Shown here: positions 51,407 to 59,961 of the stretch, in pieces
Layout: every line of letters starts with the position of its first letter
How positions within the stretch are numbered: position 1 is the stretch's first letter
Assembly (NCBI GenBank): GCA_963747235.1
Contig: CAVVEU010000040.1
Coordinates: forward strand, 558,454 to 622,453
From: an uncultured Candidatus Rokubacteria bacterium
Lineage (GTDB): Bacteria > Methylomirabilota > Methylomirabilia > Rokubacteriales > CSP1-6
Direction of reading: 5' to 3'
DNA: 64,000 bases
The notes under the pieces: generated by a model
Told to the model about the DNA's origin: nothing
Seen by the model: only the letters and a program-made list of their open reading frames with translations
Databases searched by the model: none
Translations under genes and position numbers: made by a program

Positions 51407-52311
51407 GCGCCCGGCCCCCCCGCGCCACCCTCCCGCTCCTTGCGCAGGAAGTCCTCGACGTCTCGCATCAGCCGGTCCGAGTCGAGCTTTCCGCCCGGGA
51501 GCGGTTGCTGCTCCTCGCCCGCCGCCGCGTCGTACTCCTGCTCCAGCTTCCGCACGTGCTCTCGGGTGTCGCGGTCCCGAGCCACCGCCCGATCGCACTG
51601 GACGCGGAAGTCCTGGATGGCCTCGGCGAAGTGGGACATGTCCATGGTCAGGTTGAGCAGCCGGGCCACATAGCTCACCAGGGCTTCGATCGCCGCCGGA
51701 TTCTCGGAATCGGGTAGATAGTGCGGCGCCTGTCCCATGAAGCCGACATGCTGCATGTCCCGTCGCTCCGCCGCGTCCAGGACGACCGTGGAGATACCCG
51801 TCGGGCCTTCGTAGGTCGGAGGATGATAGATGCCCCAGGCTTCGAGCAACGCTTTCGCGGCGGCGTCGGTGCAGCGGGCCGTGACACGCACCGGCCGGGT
51901 GTGAGGAGCGCCCGCCAGGAGCGCCCCGAGGGAGACAATGCGCTTCACCCCACAGCGCTCGGCCACGTCGAGGAACGCCTTCGCATAGGTTTGCCACCTC
52001 TGATGGGGCTCCGGGCCGGAGAACAGGAGGAGGCCGTCCCGTCCATCTCCCGGAGGACACGCAAAGAACTCGCTTCGTGGCCAGTGGATGTCACGGCCCC
52101 CGTCGGCCCTCAACCGCACCTCCGGCCGCTCCTGGGTGAATACGAAAAACTCTTCCGGGTTGATCCGCGCCAGCCGCGCGGCCTGGAGATCGCTGGCCAG
52201 GTGGCGCAAGGCGCCCGTGGCCGCCCGGCCGGCGTCGATCCATCCCCCGAACGCCATGACCATCGTCGTCAAGTTGACGGGCGGCTCGCGATCGAACTCT
52301 ACATTGTCCAT
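51403..52311 (-). CDS. PAC2 (proteasome assembly chaperone) family protein
   Basis: AF.GW.DAG.AA, GPEP..RW, LGALL...PHTRP, YEGPTG, PHY, LE..YD. Confidence 0.85.
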   Translation of the reverse strand: MDNVEFDREPPVNLTTMVMAFGGWIDAGRAATGALRHLASDLQAARLARINPEEFFVFTQERPEVRLRADGGRDIHWPRSEFFACPPGDGRDGLLLFSGPEPHQRWQTYAKAFLDVAERCGVKRIVSLGALLAGAPHTRPVRVTARCTDAAAKALLEAWGIYHPPTYEGPTGISTVVLDAAERRDMQHVGFMGQAPHYLPDSENPAAIEALVSYVARLLNLTMDMSHFAEAIQDFRVQCDRAVARDRDTREHVRKLEQEYDAAAGEEQQPLPGGKLDSDRLMRDVEDFLRKEREGGAGGPGA

Positions 52312-52462
52312 GCACATCCTCTCGGCGGTTCTAGCGGACCCGGATGAAATGCGTCAGGCGCGATCCCGGAGCCTCACACGTCGACGTCGCGTCAGTTTCG
52401 CACCATTGGGAATCCGCGCGCAATCCCGTACCGCCGGTGCGCCTGGAAGAACCCACTGATCT

Positions 52463-53923
52463 CTAGAGCAGCTCCGCCAGCCGGCGCACACCCGCGCGGA
52501 TCTCTGCTTCCGTGAGCGCGGCGTAGCCGAAGAGGAGGCCCGCGCACCGCGGCGGCTCGGCGTAGTACGGCGTTACCGAGTAGATCCCCACGCCGGCCCT
52601 GGCCGCCCGCGCGATGAGGGCGTCCAGCTCCCGCGGGCGCACGTCGTTCAGCCAGACCACCAGGTGCACGCCGGTGTTCTCGCCGGCGATGTCCACGCGG
52701 CCGCCGAAGCATTCGCGCAGCGCCGCGATGAGGGCCCGCCGGCGCCCCGCGTTCCGGGCGCCCGCGCGGCGGAGATAGCGCTCGAACTGGCCGCTGGTGA
52801 TGAGCTCGGCCAGCGCCTCCTGGTAGAGCGGGGCGGAGAAGCGATCCGCGGCCCACTTGGCGGCGAGGAAGGGGCGCACCAGGGCGCGCGGCAGCACGAG
52901 ATAGCCCACACGCAGCGCGGGGAACAGGGTCTTCGAGAAGGACCCCATGTAGATCGCCCGCTCGTCGCGGTCCAGCGACTGGAGCGCCTCCAGCGGGTGG
53001 CCCTCGTAGCGGAACTCGCTCACGTAATCGTCCTCGACGACCCAGGCGCCGACCCGGGACGCCCACCGGAGCAGGGCCAGGCGTCGCTCGAGCGGCATGA
53101 TCACGCCGCTGGGGAACTGGTGGCAGGGCGTCACGTAGGCCAGCCGCGGGCGCTCCACGGCGGGCGGGAGCCTGGCCGGATCGAGCCCACCCGCGTCCAC
53201 CCGCACGCGCAGGAGGCGGGCGCCCACCGCCTCGAACGGAATGGTGGCGCCGGGGTAGTGCGGCTCCTCCACCACCGCGCCGTCGCCGGGATCGAGCAGC
53301 ACGCGCGCGATGAGGTCCAGCGCCTGCTGTGTCCCGTTCACCACGACGATCCGCTCGGGCTCGCTCACGACGCCGCGCGCCCGGCCGAGGTATTCGCTGA
53401 GCGCCGCGCGCAGTGGGCCGTGACCGGCGGGCGAACCGTAACCGAGCGCGTCGGAGGAGGCCCGGCGCGCGTGAGCGGCGAGGAGCCGGCGCCAGATCTC
53501 GCGCGGAAACTCGTCCACCGCGGGCCGGCCGTAGCGGAAGTCGTAGCGGAACGCGGGGCGCGGGCCGGGCGGAGGCGAGGGCGCGAGGTCGAGGCGCTCG
53601 GTCAGGCGTCGCGCGTAGGCGGACACCGGCGCGGGACGCTCCGCCGCGGGGCGAGCGGGCGCCGGGGCCGCGGCTGGGCCCGGCGGCGCCATGCCCGCCA
53701 CGGAGGTGGCGCCGCGGTGGCGGCTCACCAGGTAGCCCTCCGCCGCGAGCTGCTCGTACGCCAGTATCACGGTGTTGCGCGACACGCCGAGGTCCCTCGC
53801 CAGCACGCGTGTGGATGGGACCTTGGTGGCCGGGCCGAGGCCACCGGCCCGGATCTTGGCCTTGAGCGCCAGGTAGACGCGGCGATGGAGCGGCCCGCTC
53901 GTCTCCCGCAGGCTCAGCAGCAT
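52463..53923 (-). CDS. MocR/GabR family regulator (GntR HTH plus PLP aminotransferase fold)
   Basis: PSTRVLARDLGVSRNTV..AYEQL.AEGY, YVTP.HQFP.G, EDDY.SEF, SFSKTLFPALRVGY. Confidence 0.92.
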   Translation of the reverse strand: MLLSLRETSGPLHRRVYLALKAKIRAGGLGPATKVPSTRVLARDLGVSRNTVILAYEQLAAEGYLVSRHRGATSVAGMAPPGPAAAPAPARPAAERPAPVSAYARRLTERLDLAPSPPPGPRPAFRYDFRYGRPAVDEFPREIWRRLLAAHARRASSDALGYGSPAGHGPLRAALSEYLGRARGVVSEPERIVVVNGTQQALDLIARVLLDPGDGAVVEEPHYPGATIPFEAVGARLLRVRVDAGGLDPARLPPAVERPRLAYVTPCHQFPSGVIMPLERRLALLRWASRVGAWVVEDDYVSEFRYEGHPLEALQSLDRDERAIYMGSFSKTLFPALRVGYLVLPRALVRPFLAAKWAADRFSAPLYQEALAELITSGQFERYLRRAGARNAGRRRALIAALRECFGGRVDIAGENTGVHLVVWLNDVRPRELDALIARAARAGVGIYSVTPYYAEPPRCAGLLFGYAALTEAEIRAGVRRLAELL

Positions 53924-53947
53924 GGCGCCTCCCTCGAGGCCCGGACG

Positions 53948-53996
53948 ATCTGGCCCCTTGGATTCAGAGAAATCTGGCTCTTTCTAGGGGCCACCA
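53948..53996. promoter_or_regulatory. MocR-type operator
   Basis: Direct repeats ATCTGGC at 53948 and 53972 plus an inverted GGCCA near 53989, in the divergent intergenic gap. Confidence 0.55.
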
Positions 53997-54040
53997 TCGG
54001 GCCTAAGATACCCGTGCTCGAACGACAACGGAAGGAGGAA

Positions 54041-54415
54041 ATGACGATGGCGAGCAGGGTGGACGACGATCTCGAGACGCTCGAGGCCTTGAACCGCGGC
54101 TATCTCCTCGCGGCGGAGAAGTCGGACGTGGCCTGGTACGGAGAGCACCTGGCCGAGGATTACCGCGCCACCAACCCCGACGGCTCCTTCGTGGACAAGG
54201 CGGGCTTCCTGGCCCGCATCGGACGGCCCCACACCGTCACGGGCTTCCGCGCGCCCGAGGTCTCAATCCAGCGCGTGGGCGACGTGGCCCTGATCCACGC
54301 GAGCTTCGAGGACACGCGGCCCGACGGCAGCCACGGTCGGGGCCGCTACACCGACATCTGGCAGCGGCAGGACGGGCGCTGGCTCTGCGTGTCCGCCCAC
54401 TTCGCGAGGTGCTGA
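54041..54415 (+). CDS. DUF4440/NTF2-like protein
   Basis: L.ALN..Y, LAEDY...NPDGS, GRYTDIW..DGRWLCVSAH. Confidence 0.85.
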   Translation: MTMASRVDDDLETLEALNRGYLLAAEKSDVAWYGEHLAEDYRATNPDGSFVDKAGFLARIGRPHTVTGFRAPEVSIQRVGDVALIHASFEDTRPDGSHGRGRYTDIWQRQDGRWLCVSAHFARC

Positions 54416-54417
54416 CC

Positions 54418-54774
54418 ATGGCCACCGACCAGGCGACGCTGGACGCGCTCAACCGCGAGTACATCCGATCGGTCAGCGAGGCGGACGTGCGGTGGTTCGA
54501 CGCAAACCTCTCCGAGGACTTCGTCAACAGCAATCCCGACTGCTCGCTGGTGGACCGGGCGGGCTTCCTCGCCCAGATCGCGCGCGGGTCGACCGTGAAG
54601 GATCTCGGCATCGAGGACGTGCTGATCCGGGTGCTGGGCGACGCGGCGCTGATCCATGCCCGCACCACGTACATCAAGGCGGACGGTCAGCCGGGCGCCG
54701 GGCGCTACACGGACGTGTGGGCGCGGCGCGGGGCGAGCTGGGTGTGCGTGGCGGCGAACGTCACGCGCCTCTGA
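54418..54774 (+). CDS. DUF4440/NTF2-like protein (tandem paralog)
   Basis: LDALNREY, LSEDF..SNPD, IHART, GRYTDVW, WVCVAA. Confidence 0.85.
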   Translation: MATDQATLDALNREYIRSVSEADVRWFDANLSEDFVNSNPDCSLVDRAGFLAQIARGSTVKDLGIEDVLIRVLGDAALIHARTTYIKADGQPGAGRYTDVWARRGASWVCVAANVTRL

Positions 54775-54778
54775 CGCC

Positions 54779-54800
54779 GGGGCCCCGACGATGGGGCCCC
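54779..54800. terminator. Hairpin between convergent genes
   Basis: GGGGCCCC-gacgat-GGGGCCCC. Confidence 0.45.
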
Positions 54801-54802
54801 TC

Positions 54803-55132
54803 TTACTTCACGACGATCTGTCCGGTATGCGCGTGAACCTTGGCCGCCGTCACACGCACCGTGTAGTCGTACGTGCCCGGTCGCTCGAACTTGATCGTGG
54901 AGCCGGCCTTCTCGACGTAGAACCGGATCGCGTCGTTCTCGCCGAACCAGAGATGCGCCGTGTTCCCGGACGCATTGACGAACTGCACCGCTTCCCCGGC
55001 CCTGATCTCGAGGGTCCTGGGCCGGCTGCCTTCCTGAGCCACGGTGACCTTGGCGATCGCCCACACCCCGCCAACCCCCAGCCCGAGGGTGAGCATCACC
55101 ACACCCGCCAGCACCCGCATTGCTTTGCTCAT
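54803..55132 (-). CDS. Secreted cupredoxin-fold-like protein lacking the type-1 copper Cys
   Basis: Signal peptide; P.TLEI.AG..V.FVN....H, F..PGTYDY..H..G.IVV; no Cys in the sequence. Confidence 0.6.
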   Translation of the reverse strand: MSKAMRVLAGVVMLTLGLGVGGVWAIAKVTVAQEGSRPRTLEIRAGEAVQFVNASGNTAHLWFGENDAIRFYVEKAGSTIKFERPGTYDYTVRVTAAKVHAHTGQIVVK

Positions 55133-55144
55133 GGCGCGCTCCGG

Positions 55145-55918
55145 CTAGACTCGTCCGTGACGCCCGGCCGCGACGGGTTCGTGCGCCTTGAGGAAGCGCC
55201 GCGCGTGCTCCACGACCTCGTCGATGTGCTCCTGCGAATCCTTCCAGGGATAGATGGTCACCTCCGCGTTCGGGGCGAGGCTGGCCACCTCCATCGCGAC
55301 CTTGTACGGGTGCGCGGGCACGTCGTCGGGCGCGACCAGCAGCGGCGTCCGGATGGCGCGCACGAAATCGCGCGACACCGTGAACACGAAGTCGGCGCGA
55401 TTGGTGTACATGCTCGTCAGGAAGTCGTGGACCATGCCCATCGTGACGTCGGGGCGCTTCTCGCACAGCGCCGGCCCCCAGCCCTTGATGTTGTTCTGGT
55501 AGAAGAGATCCGGCATCTCGGGCCGGGAGCCACTGGGCTGCATCATCGCAGCCGCCACGACGCGCTCCGGAGCCCGCCGGATGAGGTTGTGGATCATCGG
55601 CCCGCCGATGCAGAAGCCCATGACCAGGAACTCCCGGATGCCGAGGTGGTCCATCAGCCCGAGCTGGTCGTCGGTGTAGGCGTCCCAGGGACGGTCGATC
55701 TCCAGCGGGCCGCTGGACTTGCCGGGATTGGCGTTGCGCAGGTCGGCGCAGACACAGCGGAAGTCGTCCTTGTACCGCTCCATCGGGTTGAAGGGCGACG
55801 CGGTCTGCCAGGATGAGAGCGCCGAATTGAGCCCGCCCCCCGGGATGAGCAGCAGCGGGAAGCCGGAGCCGGCCTCTTCGTAGTGGATGCGGACGGAGCC
55901 TCTCTCGTAGAACGGCAT
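55145..55918 (-). CDS. Alpha/beta hydrolase with a Cys nucleophile elbow
   Basis: IHYEEAGSG.PLL, D.RNA, GFCIGG, PDD.PAHP. Confidence 0.85.
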   Translation of the reverse strand: MPFYERGSVRIHYEEAGSGFPLLLIPGGGLNSALSSWQTASPFNPMERYKDDFRCVCADLRNANPGKSSGPLEIDRPWDAYTDDQLGLMDHLGIREFLVMGFCIGGPMIHNLIRRAPERVVAAAMMQPSGSRPEMPDLFYQNNIKGWGPALCEKRPDVTMGMVHDFLTSMYTNRADFVFTVSRDFVRAIRTPLLVAPDDVPAHPYKVAMEVASLAPNAEVTIYPWKDSQEHIDEVVEHARRFLKAHEPVAAGRHGRV

Positions 55919-55950
55919 GGCGATTCTCCTCTCGGCGAGTTGCCGGGACT

Positions 55951-57411
55951 CTAGCTCGGTGCGTGGAGGAGCTCGACCGCCTCCTCGTAGATCTCCATGT
56001 TCTTGCCATAGGAGATGGCCGACGCCTGCGCCGCGCTCACGAGGTGGCGCCAGCGCCATGGACGGCGGGTGGCGTGGAACTCCTCGACGGTCGCCTGATG
56101 GTGCTTGAAGGCGTGCATCTCGGTGAAGTTGTCGTGCACGACGATCGTGGCCAGACGGCTGATGAGCGCATCCGGGTCGTAGCCGAGGTCGGCATACTGC
56201 TGCGCCAGGGTCACGGTGTTCCTCACCTCGGGCACCGCGCGCATCAGCCCGAGGTTGGTGACCTTCGACCAGTCGGTGGGCGGCTGGGTGTAGATGCTCT
56301 CCTCCAGCGTGTCCAGCAGCGCGGCCTGGGTACGATGGGGCAGCGCCGCGACCGCCTGGGGATTCGGCTGGGGCGGCGGCTCCATGCGGTTCTGCGTCGA
56401 CCGCACCTCGGGCCCGGTGTGCCACGTCAGCAGCGCCAGCAGCTTGTTGCGCAGGCTCACACCCGGGAGCTTCAGGAGATACCGGCGCAGGTTCACGCCC
56501 GTGTGCAGGTGCACGTCCATGGGATTGCCGGTGAGCGATCGCATGAACAGGCCGGCGGCCCCGATCGACAAGGCTTCGCCCGCGCCCTGGAGCGACAGAC
56601 CATCCGCGAGGGCCTTCGCGAGCATCCTCGGGATCTCCGGATAGGCATCGCACTCGGTGATCGCCTCGCCTAGGAGACCGATCGCCGGGGTCTCATCCGG
56701 GCTGGTGTGGAATCCCAGCGGGCGCTTCAGGAGCTCGTACTCGTCGAGCAACGGCTCGATGTCCGGCAGCGGGGGCGGCGTGGGGAACCGGCTGACGTAC
56801 CGGACCGCGGGGCGCATCAGGAACGGCGTGTACTCGCGTCCCAGCCAGTCCAGCGCGCGCCACGTGAACATGGGGAAGATGAAGTAGTGATCGTCGAGCA
56901 CGTTCTTCGGGATCGCCACCGTCAGCAGCAGATCGAGCGCCTCGGCGTGGGGCATATTGTCCCAGAGCCAGAGGAAGGCGTGATCCGCGGCGTGATACAC
57001 GCCGCGATCCACCGCGGCGAAGAACGCCTTCTTCGTGCCTTCGACGCCGCCCGAGTCCACCGGCTCGGCATCCGCCAGGATATAGGGACCCATGCCGGGG
57101 TGATTGATGTGCTTGTTCGACAGCGCGACGTGCTGGAGGATCGGCAGGAACCGCTGCTCCCCCGACACCCGCTCCACGGTGTGATGGAGGGCATGAAGCC
57201 CGACGAGCGGGTGCAGTGGCCCACCGTGATGGCCGGGCGGCAGGTCCGAGGAACGAGTGACCGCGAGCGCCGACGCGGTCAGGAGCTTCTTGACCGACAT
57301 GCCGTCGCGCAGCTTGCTCAGGGTGGCTTCGAGGATCAGCCGGGGGTCGGTCTCCTCGATGAACTGCACCACCGGCTCGATGTCATCGGCAAACCGCACG
57401 GGCCTGTGCAT
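55951..57411 (-). CDS. Uncharacterised helical protein with multiple His motifs
   Basis: Intact 486-aa ORF with GGAG RBS; GHHGGPLH, DDHY, DVHLHT, HDNFTEMHAFKH. Confidence 0.75.
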   Translation of the reverse strand: MHRPVRFADDIEPVVQFIEETDPRLILEATLSKLRDGMSVKKLLTASALAVTRSSDLPPGHHGGPLHPLVGLHALHHTVERVSGEQRFLPILQHVALSNKHINHPGMGPYILADAEPVDSGGVEGTKKAFFAAVDRGVYHAADHAFLWLWDNMPHAEALDLLLTVAIPKNVLDDHYFIFPMFTWRALDWLGREYTPFLMRPAVRYVSRFPTPPPLPDIEPLLDEYELLKRPLGFHTSPDETPAIGLLGEAITECDAYPEIPRMLAKALADGLSLQGAGEALSIGAAGLFMRSLTGNPMDVHLHTGVNLRRYLLKLPGVSLRNKLLALLTWHTGPEVRSTQNRMEPPPQPNPQAVAALPHRTQAALLDTLEESIYTQPPTDWSKVTNLGLMRAVPEVRNTVTLAQQYADLGYDPDALISRLATIVVHDNFTEMHAFKHHQATVEEFHATRRPWRWRHLVSAAQASAISYGKNMEIYEEAVELLHAPS

Positions 57412-57571
57412 GCTCGGTCTCCTCTCGTGCCTGTTCGAGGGCGTCGCGCCCGAATCCTACCGCGGAGCCGGAACCTGCGCAGCAATCTTCTTCGTCCGCG
57501 CGAGGCTTGACCGGTCACCAGGCGGTGATATGGTCTTCCTGGCGATCTTCATCTTGGGCCAGGGGGACCGG

Positions 57572-58888
57572 ATGCCGAATGTGAGCGTGTGGCGACTGCT
57601 CGGGATGGCCTCCGCGACCGGCCTGTGGATCCTCGCCTCGGTGTCGTCGGTCGGAGCCCAGGCGCCGCGCGAGGAGCCCCGGCTCGCCCTGCTGATCGGC
57701 AACAGCGCCTACCGCGAGTCGCCCCTGCGCAACCCGGTGAACGACGTGCGGGCGATGGCGCAGAAGTTCAAGGACCTCGGCTTCACCGTCCTCGCCCACG
57801 AGAACGCCACCAAGCGCACGATGGAGGCGGCGATCATCGATTTCGGGCGGCGCCTCGCCGAGGGCGGCGTCGGCGCCTTCTACTACGCGGGCCACGGGCT
57901 GCAGGTCCGCGGGCGCAACTACCTGGTGCCGGTCGACGCCGAGATCGAGGACGAGGCATCCACCCGCGTCGCCGCCGTCGACGTGGAGCTGCTGCTCGAG
58001 CAGATGGCCGAGGCGAAGAACCGGGTCAACATCGTGATCCTCGATGCCTGCCGCAACAACCCCTTCGAGCGCCGGATGCGGGGCGCGTCCCGGGGCCTCG
58101 CCGCGGTCGACGCGGCCCGGGGAACCCTGGTGGCCTACGCGACCGCGCCGGGGTCGGTGGCGGCGGACGGGGACGGCAAGAACGGGCTCTACACCGAGGA
58201 GCTGCTGGAGGCGCTGCGCGAGCCCGGCCTCAAGATCGAGGAGGTGTTCAAGCGCGTGCGGATCAACGTCGCGCGCCGGTCGAAGGGCGCCCAGACGCCG
58301 TGGGAATCCTCCTCCCTCACCGGGGACCTCGTCGTCAACGTGACCGTCAACGTCACGACGGCGGCCGTGTCCACGCCGGCGGCCGCGCCCGATCGCGAGG
58401 GCCTGTTCTGGATGTCGATCAAGGACGGCTCCGACCCGGCGGCGTTCGAGGCGTATCTCCGGCAGTATCCGCAGGGAACGTTCGCCGCGCTCGCCCGCCA
58501 GCGGCTGGCCAGCGTGAGCCAGCCCGCCCGACCGCCGGCGCTCGCGCGCTTCGACGGCGCGTGGAACGTCACCGTGGAATGCCCGGCCCACGGGAGCGCG
58601 TCCGGCTATACGAGACAGGTCCTCGCCCAGGTGAAAGACGGAGCGCTGGCCGCGCAGGCGGGCCAGGCCGGGCAGCCCGGCTCCCTCACCCTCAGCGGAA
58701 AGATCCAGCCGGACGGCAAGGCCAGCATCGACGCCCGTGGAATGGTGGGCGATCCGAAGAACACCGCCAACCGGTTGAGCCAGGGCACCGCCTTCGCCTA
58801 TCGGGTCGACGCCGTCTTCGAGGACGCGCGCGGGGTCGGCAATCGCACCGACAACGTCCGCCCCTGCCGGCTGACCTTCATCAAGTAG
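57572..58888 (+). CDS. Secreted caspase-like (peptidase C14) protein
   Basis: RLALLIGN..Y, YAGHG, ILDACRNNP; FW.SIK..D...FEAYL..YP.G.F linker. Confidence 0.9.
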   Translation: MPNVSVWRLLGMASATGLWILASVSSVGAQAPREEPRLALLIGNSAYRESPLRNPVNDVRAMAQKFKDLGFTVLAHENATKRTMEAAIIDFGRRLAEGGVGAFYYAGHGLQVRGRNYLVPVDAEIEDEASTRVAAVDVELLLEQMAEAKNRVNIVILDACRNNPFERRMRGASRGLAAVDAARGTLVAYATAPGSVAADGDGKNGLYTEELLEALREPGLKIEEVFKRVRINVARRSKGAQTPWESSSLTGDLVVNVTVNVTTAAVSTPAAAPDREGLFWMSIKDGSDPAAFEAYLRQYPQGTFAALARQRLASVSQPARPPALARFDGAWNVTVECPAHGSASGYTRQVLAQVKDGALAAQAGQAGQPGSLTLSGKIQPDGKASIDARGMVGDPKNTANRLSQGTAFAYRVDAVFEDARGVGNRTDNVRPCRLTFIK

Positions 58889-58917
58889 GCAACGCCCGGA
58901 GTCGTACTGGGCAATTC

Positions 58918-59940
58918 ATGGACGAGCCGCGAGAGCAGCTGCTGGCCCTCGTTCGCGGCTATCGAATCTCCCAGGCGATCTACGTCGCGACCCGGCTCGG
59001 CATTCCCGACCTGCTGGCCGACGGGCCTCGAGACATCGCCGAACTGGCGCGTGCGGCGGGGTCCCATCCGCCGAGTCTCCACCGAGTCTTGACCTTCCTG
59101 GCCGGGGTCGGAGTGCTGGACAAAGTCGGGCCGGACCGCTTCGCCCTGACTCCCGTCGCCGCCGCGTTGCGTACCGGCGTCCCAGGCTCCATGCGGCCGG
59201 CAATTCTGTTGTTGCTCGACGAATCGCACTGGCGGCCGTGGGGCCACCTACTGCACACCGTGCGGACCGGGGAGACCGCGTTCCACCACGCCCACGGAGC
59301 GGGGCTCTACGACTACCTCGCCGGACACCCCGAGGTGGCGAGCCTGTTCAACGCGGCCATGAGCGGCAACTCCCCCGCCCACGCGCGCCTCGTCGCCGCG
59401 GCGTACGACTTCTCCCGCATGAGCCTGGTGGTCGATGTCGGGGGCGGACGCGGCCGGCTGCTCGCGGCGATCCTCGAGCGGAACCCTCGACTGCGCGGCG
59501 TCCTCTTCGAGAGGCCTCACGTCCTCGAGGACGCCCGGCCGATCCTGGAGGAGGCGGGCGTCGGCGACCGCTGCGAGCTCGTCGGCGGCAGCTTCTTCGA
59601 CGCGGTGCCCGCCGGCGGCGACGCCTACATCCTGCGCGGCATCATCCCGGGCTTTGCGGACGATCAGGCGGTGGCCATCCTCGCGAGCTGCCGCCGCGCG
59701 ATGACGGCCGGGGCCCGGGTCCTCCTCGTGGAGCGATACGTCCCCACGGATCCCCACGAGGCGCTCCCGGTTCTCCTCTCCGACCTCGAGATGCTCGTCA
59801 ACGTCGGGGGGCGCGAGCGCACGACGGACGAGTATGCGAGCCTCCTGGCCCGCGGCGGGTTCCGGCTCGCCCAGGCCATCTCCCTGGGTCCCCTGCCCGA
59901 GGCGATGGGGCATCACCTCATCGAGGGGATACCGGTCTAG
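58918..59940 (+). CDS. O-methyltransferase (dimerisation plus Methyltransf_2 domains)
   Basis: SQAIYVA..LGI.D, VVDVGGG.G, GSFFD.VP..GDAY, GRERT..EY. Confidence 0.9.
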   Translation: MDEPREQLLALVRGYRISQAIYVATRLGIPDLLADGPRDIAELARAAGSHPPSLHRVLTFLAGVGVLDKVGPDRFALTPVAAALRTGVPGSMRPAILLLLDESHWRPWGHLLHTVRTGETAFHHAHGAGLYDYLAGHPEVASLFNAAMSGNSPAHARLVAAAYDFSRMSLVVDVGGGRGRLLAAILERNPRLRGVLFERPHVLEDARPILEEAGVGDRCELVGGSFFDAVPAGGDAYILRGIIPGFADDQAVAILASCRRAMTAGARVLLVERYVPTDPHEALPVLLSDLEMLVNVGGRERTTDEYASLLARGGFRLAQAISLGPLPEAMGHHLIEGIPV

Positions 59941-59961
59941 TCTCGCAAGCGCCGGCCCTGG

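Noticed and set aside
50996-58888. EVE and caspase genes as an anti-phage defence island
   Set aside because: Separated by metabolic genes, no nuclease/NTPase/TIR partners, and the caspase appears to be exported
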